From positions 26,201 to 90,200 of the forward strand of contig JAPPGE010000022.1 of the NCBI GenBank assembly GCA_028821455.1: a stretch of 64,000 nucleotides of DNA. Direction: 5' to 3'. Every line of letters starts with the position of its first letter. The first letter of the stretch is position 1. A program made the translations under genes and the position numbers. Origin of the DNA: a bacterium. GTDB lineage: Bacteria; Pseudomonadota; Alphaproteobacteria; SP197. Shown piece after piece: positions 1 through 9,260 of this stretch. The notes beneath the pieces are model-generated. The model saw only the letters and a program-made list of their open reading frames with translations. It had not been told where the DNA came from and searched no databases.

Positions 1-719
1 CCAGCGCGGCGACGTCAGCGATGTCGTCGGTGACGACATACTGGTGCTCCATGGGAACGAGCGGCAGCGTGTAGCCGGCCATGGCGGCCACCTCCCTCGC
101 CCACAGTCCTGCAGCGTTGACGACCGTTTCGGCAACGACCGTGCCCGCGTGCGTGGCGACGTCCCAGTCGCCGTCGCGGCGGCGCGTGAAGCCGGTTACC
201 GGCGTGTTTCTCGCGATGACACCGCCAGCCTGGCGCACGCCCCTGGCAAAGGCATGGGTCACTCCGGAAGGATCGACGTGGCCGTCCGTCGCCCCCCACA
301 TGCCGCCCAGAATCCGGCTGGTGTCGACAAGGGGATTGAGCCTGCGGATTTCGTCGAGGCCGATGATCTCGAAGTCCTGGCCGAGATAGCGAGCCCGCGC
401 TCGCTGGATCTTCAGTTCGTCGAGGCGGTCCGTGCTGGTGGCAAGATAGAGCCCGCCACAGCGATGCAGACCGCAGGACTGCCCGGTTTCCTCCTCGAGG
501 CTGTCATAGAGCCTCAGCGAATAGTCCTGCAGGCGGGCCAGACTGGCGTTGGCGTGCATGGCATGGATATTGGCGGCGGCATGCCATGTCGATCCCGACG
601 TCAGGTCCGCACGCTCGAGCAGCAGGACGTCTCGGCAGCCGGCGCGCACCAGGTGCCAGGCGACCGCGCAGCCGACGACACCGCCGCCCACAATGACGAC
701 ACGGGCATGGGACTTCATC
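1..719 (-). CDS. FAD-dependent oxidoreductase (DadA / sarcosine-oxidase-beta / DMGDH-like), N-terminal part; the 3' end runs off the window
   Basis: Minus-strand translation from the ATG at 717-719 reads MKSHARVVIVGGGVVGCAVAWHLVRAGCRDVLLLERADLTSGSTWHAAANIHAMHANASLARLQDY... This is the GxGxxG FAD-binding N-terminus of the amino-acid oxidase family. There is no in-frame stop before the window edge. It is not in the ORF track because it lacks a stop. Confidence 0.7.
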
Positions 720-876
720 AGGACACTTCCTCAACAATGGGGATTCCGGTAGCCGCGCGGCATTCCAGGGAAAGGGCAGGGAGCGGCGACGATGCGGATC
801 GTCCTCTCGGGACCTGGCTCGCCAGCATCGACTCGCATCCTGATCACACGACACCAAGGGCGCACAATAGAGATCA

Positions 877-1107
877 TCAGACCGCTGACAACTCCCGCAT
901 TCCCGTCCCCGAAAGCGCGATTGCGGCCTCTGATCCGCAGCGATTCGTCAGGCCTGCCTTGATGCGGTCATCCGGGATGTTGCCGCCCTCGACCACGAAA
1001 CCAGAACGCCTGGCGCCTTCCGGCGGTTCGACACAAGTCTCCGGATCGCCGCTCGTGTCAGTGATCCCGAAGGCGGACACGAGGACATTGGCGTCAGGGC
1101 TCTGCAT
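877..1107 (-). pseudogene. Possible truncated PIN-like (VapC) toxin remnant downstream of the antitoxin
   Basis: A 76-aa ORF, MQSPDANVLVSAFGITDTSGDPETCVEPPEG..., whose ATG overlaps the antitoxin stop (ATGCAGAGCCCTGA), the usual toxin-antitoxin coupling. Only the N-terminal D-x-N-V-L resembles the PIN motif LDTNVL. It is too short and lacks the later acidic residues. Confidence 0.25.
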
Positions 1108-1333
1108 CCATGATGTTCCGAAGCGCGGTGCTGTTCGACAGATCCACGCCCCACTGCGCGCCTCGCCCGTCGAACATCGGAGTTGGCGGCGCGTCTCCAC
1201 CGGCGGCGGCTGGACCTGCGAGAAGTTGCCGAAGTGCCTGCTCGAATGCAGCCTTCAGCGTCATGCGCTCGCCCGCCGCATGGACCTTGACGGACCGCAG
1301 CAGTTTGTCGTCGACGTCTATGGTCACTTTCAT
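1094..1333 (-). CDS. Type II antitoxin, VapB / Rv0623-like ribbon-helix-helix family (79 aa)
   Basis: MKVTIDVDDKLLRSVKVHAAGERMTLKAAFEQALRQLL... matches the VapB-type antitoxin N-terminus. The cat at 1331-1333 confirms the start, and the stop is coupled to the downstream ORF. Confidence 0.6.
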   Translation of the reverse strand: MKVTIDVDDKLLRSVKVHAAGERMTLKAAFEQALRQLLAGPAAAGGDAPPTPMFDGRGAQWGVDLSNSTALRNIMDAEP

Positions 1334-1528
1334 GCGCAGATATGTAGCAGAAAGTGTGCGTCTGCACGGACGATGTCTCCCGGGATGATGTTTCGGCGTT
1401 CCCACCCGACGTTTCCGTTGCGGTGCGCGGTGCGGCCCTACATGCTTCTGGCGACACCTTGCGAGTCCGTGCACAGTGGACGTGCATCGCGGCGTTCGCG
1501 ACCGGAACCCGGCACGAAGGAGGAGCAG

Positions 1529-2521
1529 ATGACGGATTACAGCAGCCTGAAGGCGAGATTGCATGACAGGGAGATCATCATTCTCGATGGGGCGGTCGGC
1601 ACCCAGCTCCAGGCGACAGGTGTGCCCATGCACCCTCATTGCTGGGCAGCAATCGGCAACCACACCCATCCCTCCACGGTGCAGAAGATGCACGAGGACT
1701 ATATACGTGCAGGTGCCGACGTGATCACCACGAACACCTATTCCTCAGCCCGCCACAACTACGAACTCGCGGGTCTGAGCGACCTCGTGATCGAACTGAA
1801 CATCCGTGCCGTGCAGCTGGCGCAGCAGGCGCGGGAACGTGTCGCCGACCGGCCGGTCTACATCGCCGGTTCGGTTTCGAACTTCGGCGCCTGGAGCGAG
1901 TCCGAGTACCAGTGGTTCAGAAAGTCAGCTCCCGTCACCGCGGCATCGGGGCTGCGGGAACGCAGCCTCATTACAGAAGCTCAGGTGCAACGCAACCTGG
2001 CCGAGCAGGTGGCCATTCTTGTCGATGCCGGCGTCGACCTTCTGATCGCGGAAGCGACGGGCAACACTCTGCAGCGCGAGTGGGTCCTGGAGGCAGTTGC
2101 CGGTGCCGGCATTCCCTACTGGGCCGGTTTCAAGTGTCACGTCAACGAGGGAGAAGAGGCGCCCCGCTCGGGCTACATGGCCGACGACTTGCTTTCTGAC
2201 GAACTGGATGCGCGCCTTCCTCTTGATGCCGACGTCCTGTGCATCTTCCATTCGACTATCGAGGACACGAACCAGGCCATACCGGTGGTGCGCTCGAAGT
2301 GGAAAGGCGCACTCGGTGTCTATCCTGAGGCGGGGCGCAAGGACTACACGCAGGCATTTGCGGATCCGAACACCGAGAACCCGCATACGATGGAGGAGTG
2401 GGTGGCGACCGCCAGGCGATGGACCGACAACGGCGTGCAGGTGATCGGTGGCTGCTGCGGCATGGGCCTCGATCACATCCGTGCCCTCGACGGTCAGCTC
2501 CCTCATCGACTGGCTGCCTGA
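1529..2521 (+). CDS. Homocysteine S-methyltransferase (Pfam PF02574; MmuM / BHMT-like), 330 aa
   Basis: This is the C-terminal third of track ORF 44..2521. There is a GGAGG ribosome-binding site 7 nt before the ATG at 1529. MTDYSSLKARLHDREIIILDGAVGTQL...VIGGCCGMGLDHIRAL is the Hcy-binding domain signature (GGCCG zinc-site motif). Confidence 0.85.
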   Translation: MTDYSSLKARLHDREIIILDGAVGTQLQATGVPMHPHCWAAIGNHTHPSTVQKMHEDYIRAGADVITTNTYSSARHNYELAGLSDLVIELNIRAVQLAQQARERVADRPVYIAGSVSNFGAWSESEYQWFRKSAPVTAASGLRERSLITEAQVQRNLAEQVAILVDAGVDLLIAEATGNTLQREWVLEAVAGAGIPYWAGFKCHVNEGEEAPRSGYMADDLLSDELDARLPLDADVLCIFHSTIEDTNQAIPVVRSKWKGALGVYPEAGRKDYTQAFADPNTENPHTMEEWVATARRWTDNGVQVIGGCCGMGLDHIRALDGQLPHRLAA

Positions 2522-2804
2522 ACGACCGCAGCCCGGCCCGCATGGGAGCTCCGGGCGTTGGAATGCCGGCAGGAATGGCTTTGCGCGGGTTCTGGGCGCC
2601 TGATGTCGCCGCCATGCCGGCCTTGACCCTGCCGCCGCCGGGGGCGAGGCGGAGTTCGCCTGACTGTTCGGCGTGACGCTCGCAAACAGGGGCGAGTGAC
2701 CGCTCGCGCCTGAAACGATTGTTCGAAAGCGGCGGGGCCTGTGCCATGGTATGAGGAGCGCCGCGGCGAAACCCTCCCACAGGAAACAGGATACGGATCG
2801 AACA

Positions 2805-3992
2805 ATGCGCCAGCCCCCTGTGCGCAGGCCGTCCCTGCTTGTCCTGGTGATGATCTCGTCGATCGGTCCCCTGGCGCTGCAGGTCTTGGTCCCGGCGATG
2901 CCGGGCCTCGCCAGCGACTTCCACACGGATTTTTCCGTCACGCAATTGTCTCTCTCGGTCTACCTCGTCGGCTTGGTGGCGGGACAACTCGTCTATGGCC
3001 CGCTCTCCGACCGGTTCGGCCGCCGTCCGGTTCTCATGGCGGGCCTCGTGGTCTATGTCGGCGGCACCCTCTTTTGCCTGGTGGCATGGGATATCGTGCC
3101 GCTCATCATCGGCCGGGGATTCCAGGCGCTGGGCGGCAGCGCCGGGATCGTGCTGGCGCGCGCCATCATCAGGGACATCCACGATCGCGAGGGATCGGCG
3201 CAGATGCTCGCCTATGTCACGGCGGGCATGATTCTGGCGCCGATGATCGGCGCCATCGTCGGCGGCTACCTCTACGAATGGTATGGCTGGCAGTCGGTCA
3301 TGCTGCTGGTGCTGGCCATCGGCGTTCTCGTCACCGGAGCCTGCATCGTTGCCTTGAGCGAAACCAACACGAGGCGCACGTCCCGAACCTCGTTCCGGGA
3401 CATGACGAGGGATTGTGCGCGTCTCCTGCGCAAGCGCCGCTTCCTGGGCTACGCCCTGCAGGTCACTTTCACCACGGCAACGTTCTTCACGTTTCTGGGA
3501 GGCGCAGCGGCGGTGGCGGTGATCATCTACGGACGCAGTCCGTCGGAGTACGCCCTCTGGTTCGTGCTGGTTTCGGGAAGCTACATGACCGGCAACTTCA
3601 TCTCCGGGCGCATCAGCCGTCGCGTCGGCATCGACCGCATGATCACCATCGGGACCGCGTTCTCGTCCACGGCCGCTCTCGTCATGATGGTCCTATTCGT
3701 CTCCGGCTGGTTCGGGCTGGTCCACTTCTTCGTTCTGGCCGGCATAATGTCCCTGGGCAACGGCTTCAGTATGCCCAACGGCTTCGCCGGCATCGTCAGC
3801 GTCGAGCCCGACCGCGCCGGTACGGCTTCAGGCCTCTCCGGCGCCATGCAGATGGGCCTGGGCGCAATTGCCATGACCGTTGTCGGCCACACCCTGGCGG
3901 ATAGTCCGATGCCGGTGATCGTCATAATGCTCGTCCTTACGCTGCTGGCACTGATCGCCCATTTGCATGGCGCGAGAGGGAACGTACCTTAG
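2805..3992 (+). CDS. MFS transporter, Bcr/CflA drug-resistance subfamily
   Basis: MRQPPVRRPSLLVLVMISSIGPLALQVLVPAMPGLASDF... 12 predicted TM helices with the GPLSDRFGRR MFS motif. The internal ATG at 2805 is preferred over the track start at 2751. Confidence 0.8.
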   Translation: MRQPPVRRPSLLVLVMISSIGPLALQVLVPAMPGLASDFHTDFSVTQLSLSVYLVGLVAGQLVYGPLSDRFGRRPVLMAGLVVYVGGTLFCLVAWDIVPLIIGRGFQALGGSAGIVLARAIIRDIHDREGSAQMLAYVTAGMILAPMIGAIVGGYLYEWYGWQSVMLLVLAIGVLVTGACIVALSETNTRRTSRTSFRDMTRDCARLLRKRRFLGYALQVTFTTATFFTFLGGAAAVAVIIYGRSPSEYALWFVLVSGSYMTGNFISGRISRRVGIDRMITIGTAFSSTAALVMMVLFVSGWFGLVHFFVLAGIMSLGNGFSMPNGFAGIVSVEPDRAGTASGLSGAMQMGLGAIAMTVVGHTLADSPMPVIVIMLVLTLLALIAHLHGARGNVP

Positions 3993-4019
3993 GGTGATGC
4001 CGAACCGGGAGATGCGACG

Positions 4020-4991
4020 TTGAAAGCCTTGCTGTGCCACACGTGGGGGGGACCTGAAGACCTCGTCGTGGGTGATGTGCCCGACCCTCAGCCGGGCCCC
4101 GGTGAGATCGTCATCCGAGTCGAAGGCTGTGGAGTCAATTTCGCCGATACCCTCATCATCCAGGGCACGTACCAGGTCAGGCCCGAGCACCCGTTCACAC
4201 CGGGCATGGAAGTGGCCGGCGCGGTCCTGAAGACCGGGTCCGGGGTAGACGGTTTCAGACCCGGAGATGCGGTCATCGGCATGCCCGGTGTCGGTGGTTT
4301 CGCCGAGCAGGTGGTATGCAAGGCCTCTCAGGTGATGCGGCGTCCCGCCGGCATCGATGCCGTGACAGCCGCCGCCATTCCCATCGTCTATGGCACGGCG
4401 CACATCGGCCTCGAGGTGCGGGGCATGCTTCGACCGGGCGAGAGTCTCCTCGTGCACGGAGCGTCGGGCGGTGTCGGCCTCGCCGCAGTCGAGGTGGGCA
4501 AGGCCATGGGCGCCTTCGTCATCGCCACGGCGAGCAGCGCCGACAAGCTGGAGACGGCACGCCGTCACGGCGCGGACCACGTCATAGACTATCGCGCCGG
4601 TGAATTCCGCAACGAGGTCAAGGAACTCACGAAGGGCGGCGCCGACGTCATCTTCGATCCCGTGGGGGGTGATGTGTTCGACCAGTCACTGCGCTGCATT
4701 GCCTGGGAAGGACGCCTGCTCGCGATCGGATTTGCCTCGGGACGCATTCCCCAGGCGCCGGCCAACATCCTCTTGGTCAAGAACATCGCGGTCATCGGCG
4801 TTCACTGGTCCAACTACCGCGAACGCCAGCCCGAACTCCTCAAGCGTTCCTTCGACCGGATCTTCACGTGGATCTCCGAAGGGAAGCTGCGCCCGCTGGT
4901 CTCGAGGACCTTCACCCTCGAGGAGGCGCCGCAAGCACTCGCCGACCTCGCCGGACGCCGGGCCCGTGGCAAGATCGTGGTCACTCCCTGA
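4020..4991 (+). CDS. NADPH:quinone oxidoreductase / zinc-type alcohol dehydrogenase-like (MDR superfamily)
   Basis: MKALLCHTWGGPEDLVVGDVPDPQPGPGEIVIRVEGCGVNFAD... with the GASGGVGLAAVEV Rossmann motif. TTG start. Confidence 0.85.
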   Translation: MKALLCHTWGGPEDLVVGDVPDPQPGPGEIVIRVEGCGVNFADTLIIQGTYQVRPEHPFTPGMEVAGAVLKTGSGVDGFRPGDAVIGMPGVGGFAEQVVCKASQVMRRPAGIDAVTAAAIPIVYGTAHIGLEVRGMLRPGESLLVHGASGGVGLAAVEVGKAMGAFVIATASSADKLETARRHGADHVIDYRAGEFRNEVKELTKGGADVIFDPVGGDVFDQSLRCIAWEGRLLAIGFASGRIPQAPANILLVKNIAVIGVHWSNYRERQPELLKRSFDRIFTWISEGKLRPLVSRTFTLEEAPQALADLAGRRARGKIVVTP

Positions 4992-5006
4992 CATGACGAG
5001 GATAAC

Positions 5007-5789
5007 GTGATGAGGCATGAAGGCAAGGTTGCGGTGGTGACCGGGGCGGCCCAGGGAATCGGGCTCGCCTGTGCCAGGCGGCTTGCGGGCGAGGGCGCTC
5101 GGGTCGTCATGGGGGATATCCAGGGAGAGAAGGTCGCCAAAGAGGCAGAGACGCTGGGAGCCGTCGCCTTGACCTCGGACGTGTCGCGCCGCGAGGACGT
5201 CGACGCCCTGGTCCGGTGCGCTGTCGACACCCACGGCAGACTCGACATCATGGTCAACAACGCCGGGGTCGGCTTCAGCGCCGGCGTCCTGGACATCAAG
5301 GAGGAGGACTTCGACCGCATCCTCGGCGTCAATCTCAAGGGCGTGCTGTTCGGTTCGCAAGCTGCGGCACGCGTCATGGTGGAGCAGGCATCCGGTGGCG
5401 CCATCGTCAACATGTCGTCGGTCCAGGCCGAACTGGCGATTCCCAACAGTGTTGCCTACGGCGTCTCGAAGGCGGGGATCAACCAGCTGACAAGGATCTT
5501 TTCTGTCGCCCTGGCAAGCCACAATGTCAGGTGCAATGCCGTGGGGCCCGGCACCATTCTCACCGACATGGCGCGAGGCGCCGTGCTGTCCAGCGACGAA
5601 GCCTACCGGATGATCCTGTCGCGCACGCCGCTGGGTCGTCTGGGCGAAGCGGACGAAGTCGCCTCCGTCGTCTCGTTCCTGGCAAGCGACGATGCAGCCT
5701 ATGTCACGGGCCAGGTCATCTATCCGGACGGCGGACGCATGCCGGTGAACTACACCGTACCGGTGGAAACCCTGCCCGCGATCGAATGA
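5007..5789 (+). CDS. SDR-family oxidoreductase
   Basis: KVAVVTGAAQGIGLA (the TGxxxGxG motif), NNAG, and the catalytic Y-x3-K (YGVSKAG). Confidence 0.85.
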   Translation: MMRHEGKVAVVTGAAQGIGLACARRLAGEGARVVMGDIQGEKVAKEAETLGAVALTSDVSRREDVDALVRCAVDTHGRLDIMVNNAGVGFSAGVLDIKEEDFDRILGVNLKGVLFGSQAAARVMVEQASGGAIVNMSSVQAELAIPNSVAYGVSKAGINQLTRIFSVALASHNVRCNAVGPGTILTDMARGAVLSSDEAYRMILSRTPLGRLGEADEVASVVSFLASDDAAYVTGQVIYPDGGRMPVNYTVPVETLPAIE

Positions 5790-5792
5790 GGC

Positions 5793-6743
5793 ATGATCCC
5801 GGCGCTCCTCGACTGCGACACCGGCCATGACGACGCCATGGCCATCCTCATGGCCGGGCAGTTGCTCGATTTGCGGGGAGTGACCACCGTCTTCGGCAAT
5901 GCGACCGTCGCCGATACCACCACCAACACGTGCCGGATCCTGGAACTCGCCGGACTCGACCATGTTCCCGTCGCCGCCGGTGCGGCCGCGCCACTCGAGG
6001 GCGCCTTTGTCCATGAGGCCGGAGTCCACGGCATGACGGGAATGGATGGCCACGACCTGCCGCCACCGGCCGGCGGCCCTATCGATGAACCGGCTGCGGA
6101 CTTCATAGCCCGCACGGCTGCCTCGACCAGGGGACTCCATCTCGTTGCCACCGGCCCGCTCACCAACATCGCCCAAGCCCTGACATCCTTTCCGGGAACA
6201 CGCGCTACCCTTGCCGGGATCAGCATCATGGGAGGATCGACCGGTCAGGGCAACGCCACCCCGGTGGCCGAGTACAACATCCAGGCCGATCCCGAGGCCG
6301 CCGATATCGTCTTCGGCAGCGGTGTTCCGATCCGCATGGTGGGGCTCAACGTCACCCGCCAGGTGGCGGCAACGCCGGGACGACGGCGGCACCTGAGATC
6401 CCTCGGCAACCGTACGGGCCAGGTGGTGGCCGATCTCCTCGACTACTTCAGCGACCGGCTCGAGGAACGCTACGGGCTCGCCGGAGCATCGATGCACGAT
6501 CCCCTTGCCGTGGCGGCGCTTTGTGACCCCGACATCCTGCGATTCGAGGCCATGGAGGTCAGAATCGAGAGGAAAGGGGCCCATACCACGGGCATGACGG
6601 TATGCGACCTTCGCCACCTCTGTCCCTTGACTCTGCGTCGTCAGCGGGATCCTCTGGGTTGTCCCAATGCCGAGGTTGCGGTGGCCGTGGATGCCGGTCT
6701 CTTCTGGGAGCGATTCATCGACGTGGTGGCAGCATGCCCATGA
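5793..6743 (+). CDS. Nucleoside hydrolase (IunH/RihA-like)
   Basis: The N-terminal DCDTGHDDAMAI is the DXDXXXDD Ca-binding fingerprint of nucleoside hydrolases. It sits 3 nt after the SDR stop. Confidence 0.85.
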   Translation: MIPALLDCDTGHDDAMAILMAGQLLDLRGVTTVFGNATVADTTTNTCRILELAGLDHVPVAAGAAAPLEGAFVHEAGVHGMTGMDGHDLPPPAGGPIDEPAADFIARTAASTRGLHLVATGPLTNIAQALTSFPGTRATLAGISIMGGSTGQGNATPVAEYNIQADPEAADIVFGSGVPIRMVGLNVTRQVAATPGRRRHLRSLGNRTGQVVADLLDYFSDRLEERYGLAGASMHDPLAVAALCDPDILRFEAMEVRIERKGAHTTGMTVCDLRHLCPLTLRRQRDPLGCPNAEVAVAVDAGLFWERFIDVVAACP

Positions 6744-7891
6744 GAAACGAGCCGGAATTCGACACGGACGAGATGCTGGAGGGCCTCAGCACCTGGGTGC
6801 TCGTGGAGAGCCCCACCGACGTGCCCGAGGGTGTCAATGCCATGATGGATCTCGCCGAAGCCGAAATGGTGTCGCTGGGAGCGACCATCAGCCGGGAACC
6901 GGGAGGCGACGGGTACGGCGACGTGCTTGTCGCCCGCTTGGAAGGCGCCGTCGAGGAGAAGGGAATCCTGGTTCTCGGCCATCTCGATACCGTGCACGGC
7001 GTCGGCACCCTGGCGGGCCCACTCCCGTTCCGCCGCGACGGGGACCGGCTCTACGGTCCGGGCATCTACGACATGAAGGGCGGCATGTACGCCGCCTGCT
7101 ACGCGATGAAGCAGCTGCTGCGCGCCGGCCGCGCACCGGTTCTTCCGATAACCTTCATGTTCATTCCCAACGAGGAGGTCGGCAGCCCGACGACCCGGCA
7201 GCGCATCGAGGACGAGGCGCGGAGCCACCGGTTTGTCCTGGTTCCTGAACCCGCCAAAGAGGGCCGGCTGGTGACCGGGCGACACGGTATCGCGCGCTAC
7301 ATCGTGACCACCCGGGGCAGACCCTCCCATGCCGGGGCGACGCTCGCCCGGGGTGCGAGCGCCATCCGTGAAATGGCCCATCAGATCCACGCCATCGAGA
7401 CAAATTCGGATCACCGTACCGGGATCACGATGAGTGTCGGCATCGTCAACGGCGGCACGTTCGTCAACGTCGTACCGATAGAGTGCCGTGCCGAGGTTCT
7501 GGCCGTCTTCCCCACCCGTGAGGCCTTCGATTCCATCACCGCGTTCATGTCCTCCCTGAAGCCGGTCAACGCGAACGTCACAATCACCGTGGAGCCCGGA
7601 CCGGTGCGACCTCTCTTCGAACCGGGGGAGGGCACGCTCGCTCTCTACTCACGCGCCGAGGAGATCGCCGGATCCATCGGTTTCGTACCCGGCCACGGCA
7701 GCTTCGGCGGAGGCAGCGACGGCAATTTTACCGGTGCACTCGGCATTCCCACGCTCGACGGCCTCGGGCTGTGCGGTGACGGCGCTCACACGCACGACGA
7801 GCACATTCTCGTCTCCTCCCTGGTTCCCAGGGCGCGCCTTCTGGCCGGTCTTCTCGAAAGCCTCGGCGATCCGGAACCCGACGCCCGGTGA
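6734..7891 (+). CDS. M20-family metallopeptidase (carboxypeptidase G2 / glutamate carboxypeptidase-like)
   Basis: MPMRNEPEFDTDEMLEGLSTWV...GHLDTV...GIYDMKGG; the M20 metal-binding HxD and D motifs are present. The start overlaps the nucleoside-hydrolase stop (ATGCCCATGA). The track ORF 6602.. over-extends. Confidence 0.8.
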   Translation: MPMRNEPEFDTDEMLEGLSTWVLVESPTDVPEGVNAMMDLAEAEMVSLGATISREPGGDGYGDVLVARLEGAVEEKGILVLGHLDTVHGVGTLAGPLPFRRDGDRLYGPGIYDMKGGMYAACYAMKQLLRAGRAPVLPITFMFIPNEEVGSPTTRQRIEDEARSHRFVLVPEPAKEGRLVTGRHGIARYIVTTRGRPSHAGATLARGASAIREMAHQIHAIETNSDHRTGITMSVGIVNGGTFVNVVPIECRAEVLAVFPTREAFDSITAFMSSLKPVNANVTITVEPGPVRPLFEPGEGTLALYSRAEEIAGSIGFVPGHGSFGGGSDGNFTGALGIPTLDGLGLCGDGAHTHDEHILVSSLVPRARLLAGLLESLGDPEPDAR

Positions 7892-8104
7892 ACGGCAGAG
7901 TCGCGACCTTTTCGTCGCGCTGTCCGTCCGCCTTGCCCAGGCAGAGGCCGAACGCGCCGCGCAACTCCGCACTTGAGAGGTGTCTTCTGGAACCAGGGCT
8001 CGCTATCGCGCCTGCCCGAATCTCGGAGGTCAACAGCCTGTCACGGCCTCAGAATTCGGGAGAGCGCCAACCGTAATGTTGGTGTCTCAGGCGTTCAGGC
8101 GAGT

Positions 8105-9241
8105 TCAGCCACCGTGGCGTTCCAGAGCTTCAAGTACCTGAGAGTGGAAGGTATGCAGCGGAACCTCGGAGAACCACGAGTCCTCAGGGTCGCAAACATA
8201 GCGCCCCTGATCGTAGCCCAGGCTTGTGAGGCCTCGCTGGACGCTTTCGACGATGGCGATGTCCTGCTGGTTGAAGTGATCCATGAACAGGCTCTTGACG
8301 GCAAGGAGCTTGGGATCGACGGGCCCCTCGGGGGCATAGATGTCCACGCGTTCCGCGCATCGCCCGACACCGTTCGGGAGCATGCGCAGCACCAGCAGAT
8401 TCCTGGAACCCGGCAAGCTCAACATGTTCAGCGTTGGCCAGGCCATCCACGCGACGTAGGGGGAGCCGGCCTCGATCTCGAGACCCTCGAACCCCGTCCT
8501 GCTGCGATAGAGGAAGTAGGAGAACCGTTCCTCCTGGACGAAATCGTCAAGGCCTTCGTCCAGCACCCTGGCGAGTTCCGGGTGCGCCACCGGAATGTGA
8601 TAGGCCTCCGCGAAGTTGTCGACGACGACTTTCCAGTTCGCCTCGATGTCGTAGTGGAGACGTTCCACCGCAACGAAGTTCTCGATGTCCGGCAGATGCC
8701 GTGTGATTGTCCCGCCGAACCGGCCCATCGTCGTCTCGAACGGTTCGCATCCCGAATTGAGATTGACGAACAGCAGGCCGGCGCTCTCGGCGACGTTGAT
8801 GCTTCGCAAGGAGAATTGCGCACGATCGAAGTTCGCGAGTGACTTGGTGTGCGGGGCGTTCCGCAGCGCGCCGTCAAGGCCGTAGAACCACGCGTGATAG
8901 GGGCAGGTGATGCCGACCTTGAGTGAACCGCGGCCTTTGAGCAGTTCGTGACCCCGGTGCTGACAGACATTGAAGTATGCCCGGACTTGACCGTTCTGAT
9001 CGCGCATCACGACGATCGGCTGGCCTGCAATGCTGTCGGTAAAGTAGTCCCTGGGATTGGGAATGTCGCTGACATGTCCGACGTAGCACCAGCTCTTGCA
9101 GTGGACGGCGTGAAGTTCACGCCGGTAGATGCCGTCATCGGTGTAGTAGCGCGAGGGCAGGGTCGGCGATTCCAGGTGGTTTGTCTGGAAGGCGCCCCGT
9201 TCACCGACGGGCCGCTCGGTAACGTTGAACGCATCGTTCAT
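8105..9241 (-). CDS. Rieske [2Fe-2S] non-heme-iron oxygenase alpha subunit (GbcA / Stc2 / CntA-like quaternary-amine demethylase family)
   Basis: MNDAFNVTERPV...CQHRGHEL...CPYHAW is the Rieske CxH-x17-CxxH motif. The C-terminal catalytic domain carries the EAYH/HP motif. The cat at 9239-9241 confirms the start. Confidence 0.85.
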   Translation of the reverse strand: MNDAFNVTERPVGERGAFQTNHLESPTLPSRYYTDDGIYRRELHAVHCKSWCYVGHVSDIPNPRDYFTDSIAGQPIVVMRDQNGQVRAYFNVCQHRGHELLKGRGSLKVGITCPYHAWFYGLDGALRNAPHTKSLANFDRAQFSLRSINVAESAGLLFVNLNSGCEPFETTMGRFGGTITRHLPDIENFVAVERLHYDIEANWKVVVDNFAEAYHIPVAHPELARVLDEGLDDFVQEERFSYFLYRSRTGFEGLEIEAGSPYVAWMAWPTLNMLSLPGSRNLLVLRMLPNGVGRCAERVDIYAPEGPVDPKLLAVKSLFMDHFNQQDIAIVESVQRGLTSLGYDQGRYVCDPEDSWFSEVPLHTFHSQVLEALERHGG

Positions 9242-9260
9242 GTCGGGGCTCCTCTGGACG

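Noticed and set aside
44-2521. 825-aa + strand ORF spanning the first 2.5 kb
   Set aside because: Only the last 330 codons (from the ATG at 1529 with a GGAGG ribosome-binding site) have protein-like composition and homology (homocysteine S-methyltransferase). The 5' two-thirds is low-complexity and Arg/Ala/Pro-rich, typical of an out-of-frame high-GC read-through. It overlaps the real minus-strand FAD oxidoreductase and the vapB-like gene.
4686-6617. 643-aa minus-strand ORF
   Set aside because: Antisense to the well-supported oxidoreductase, SDR and nucleoside hydrolase genes. Its composition is Gly/Arg/Asp-rich with no motifs. It is a GC-rich shadow ORF.
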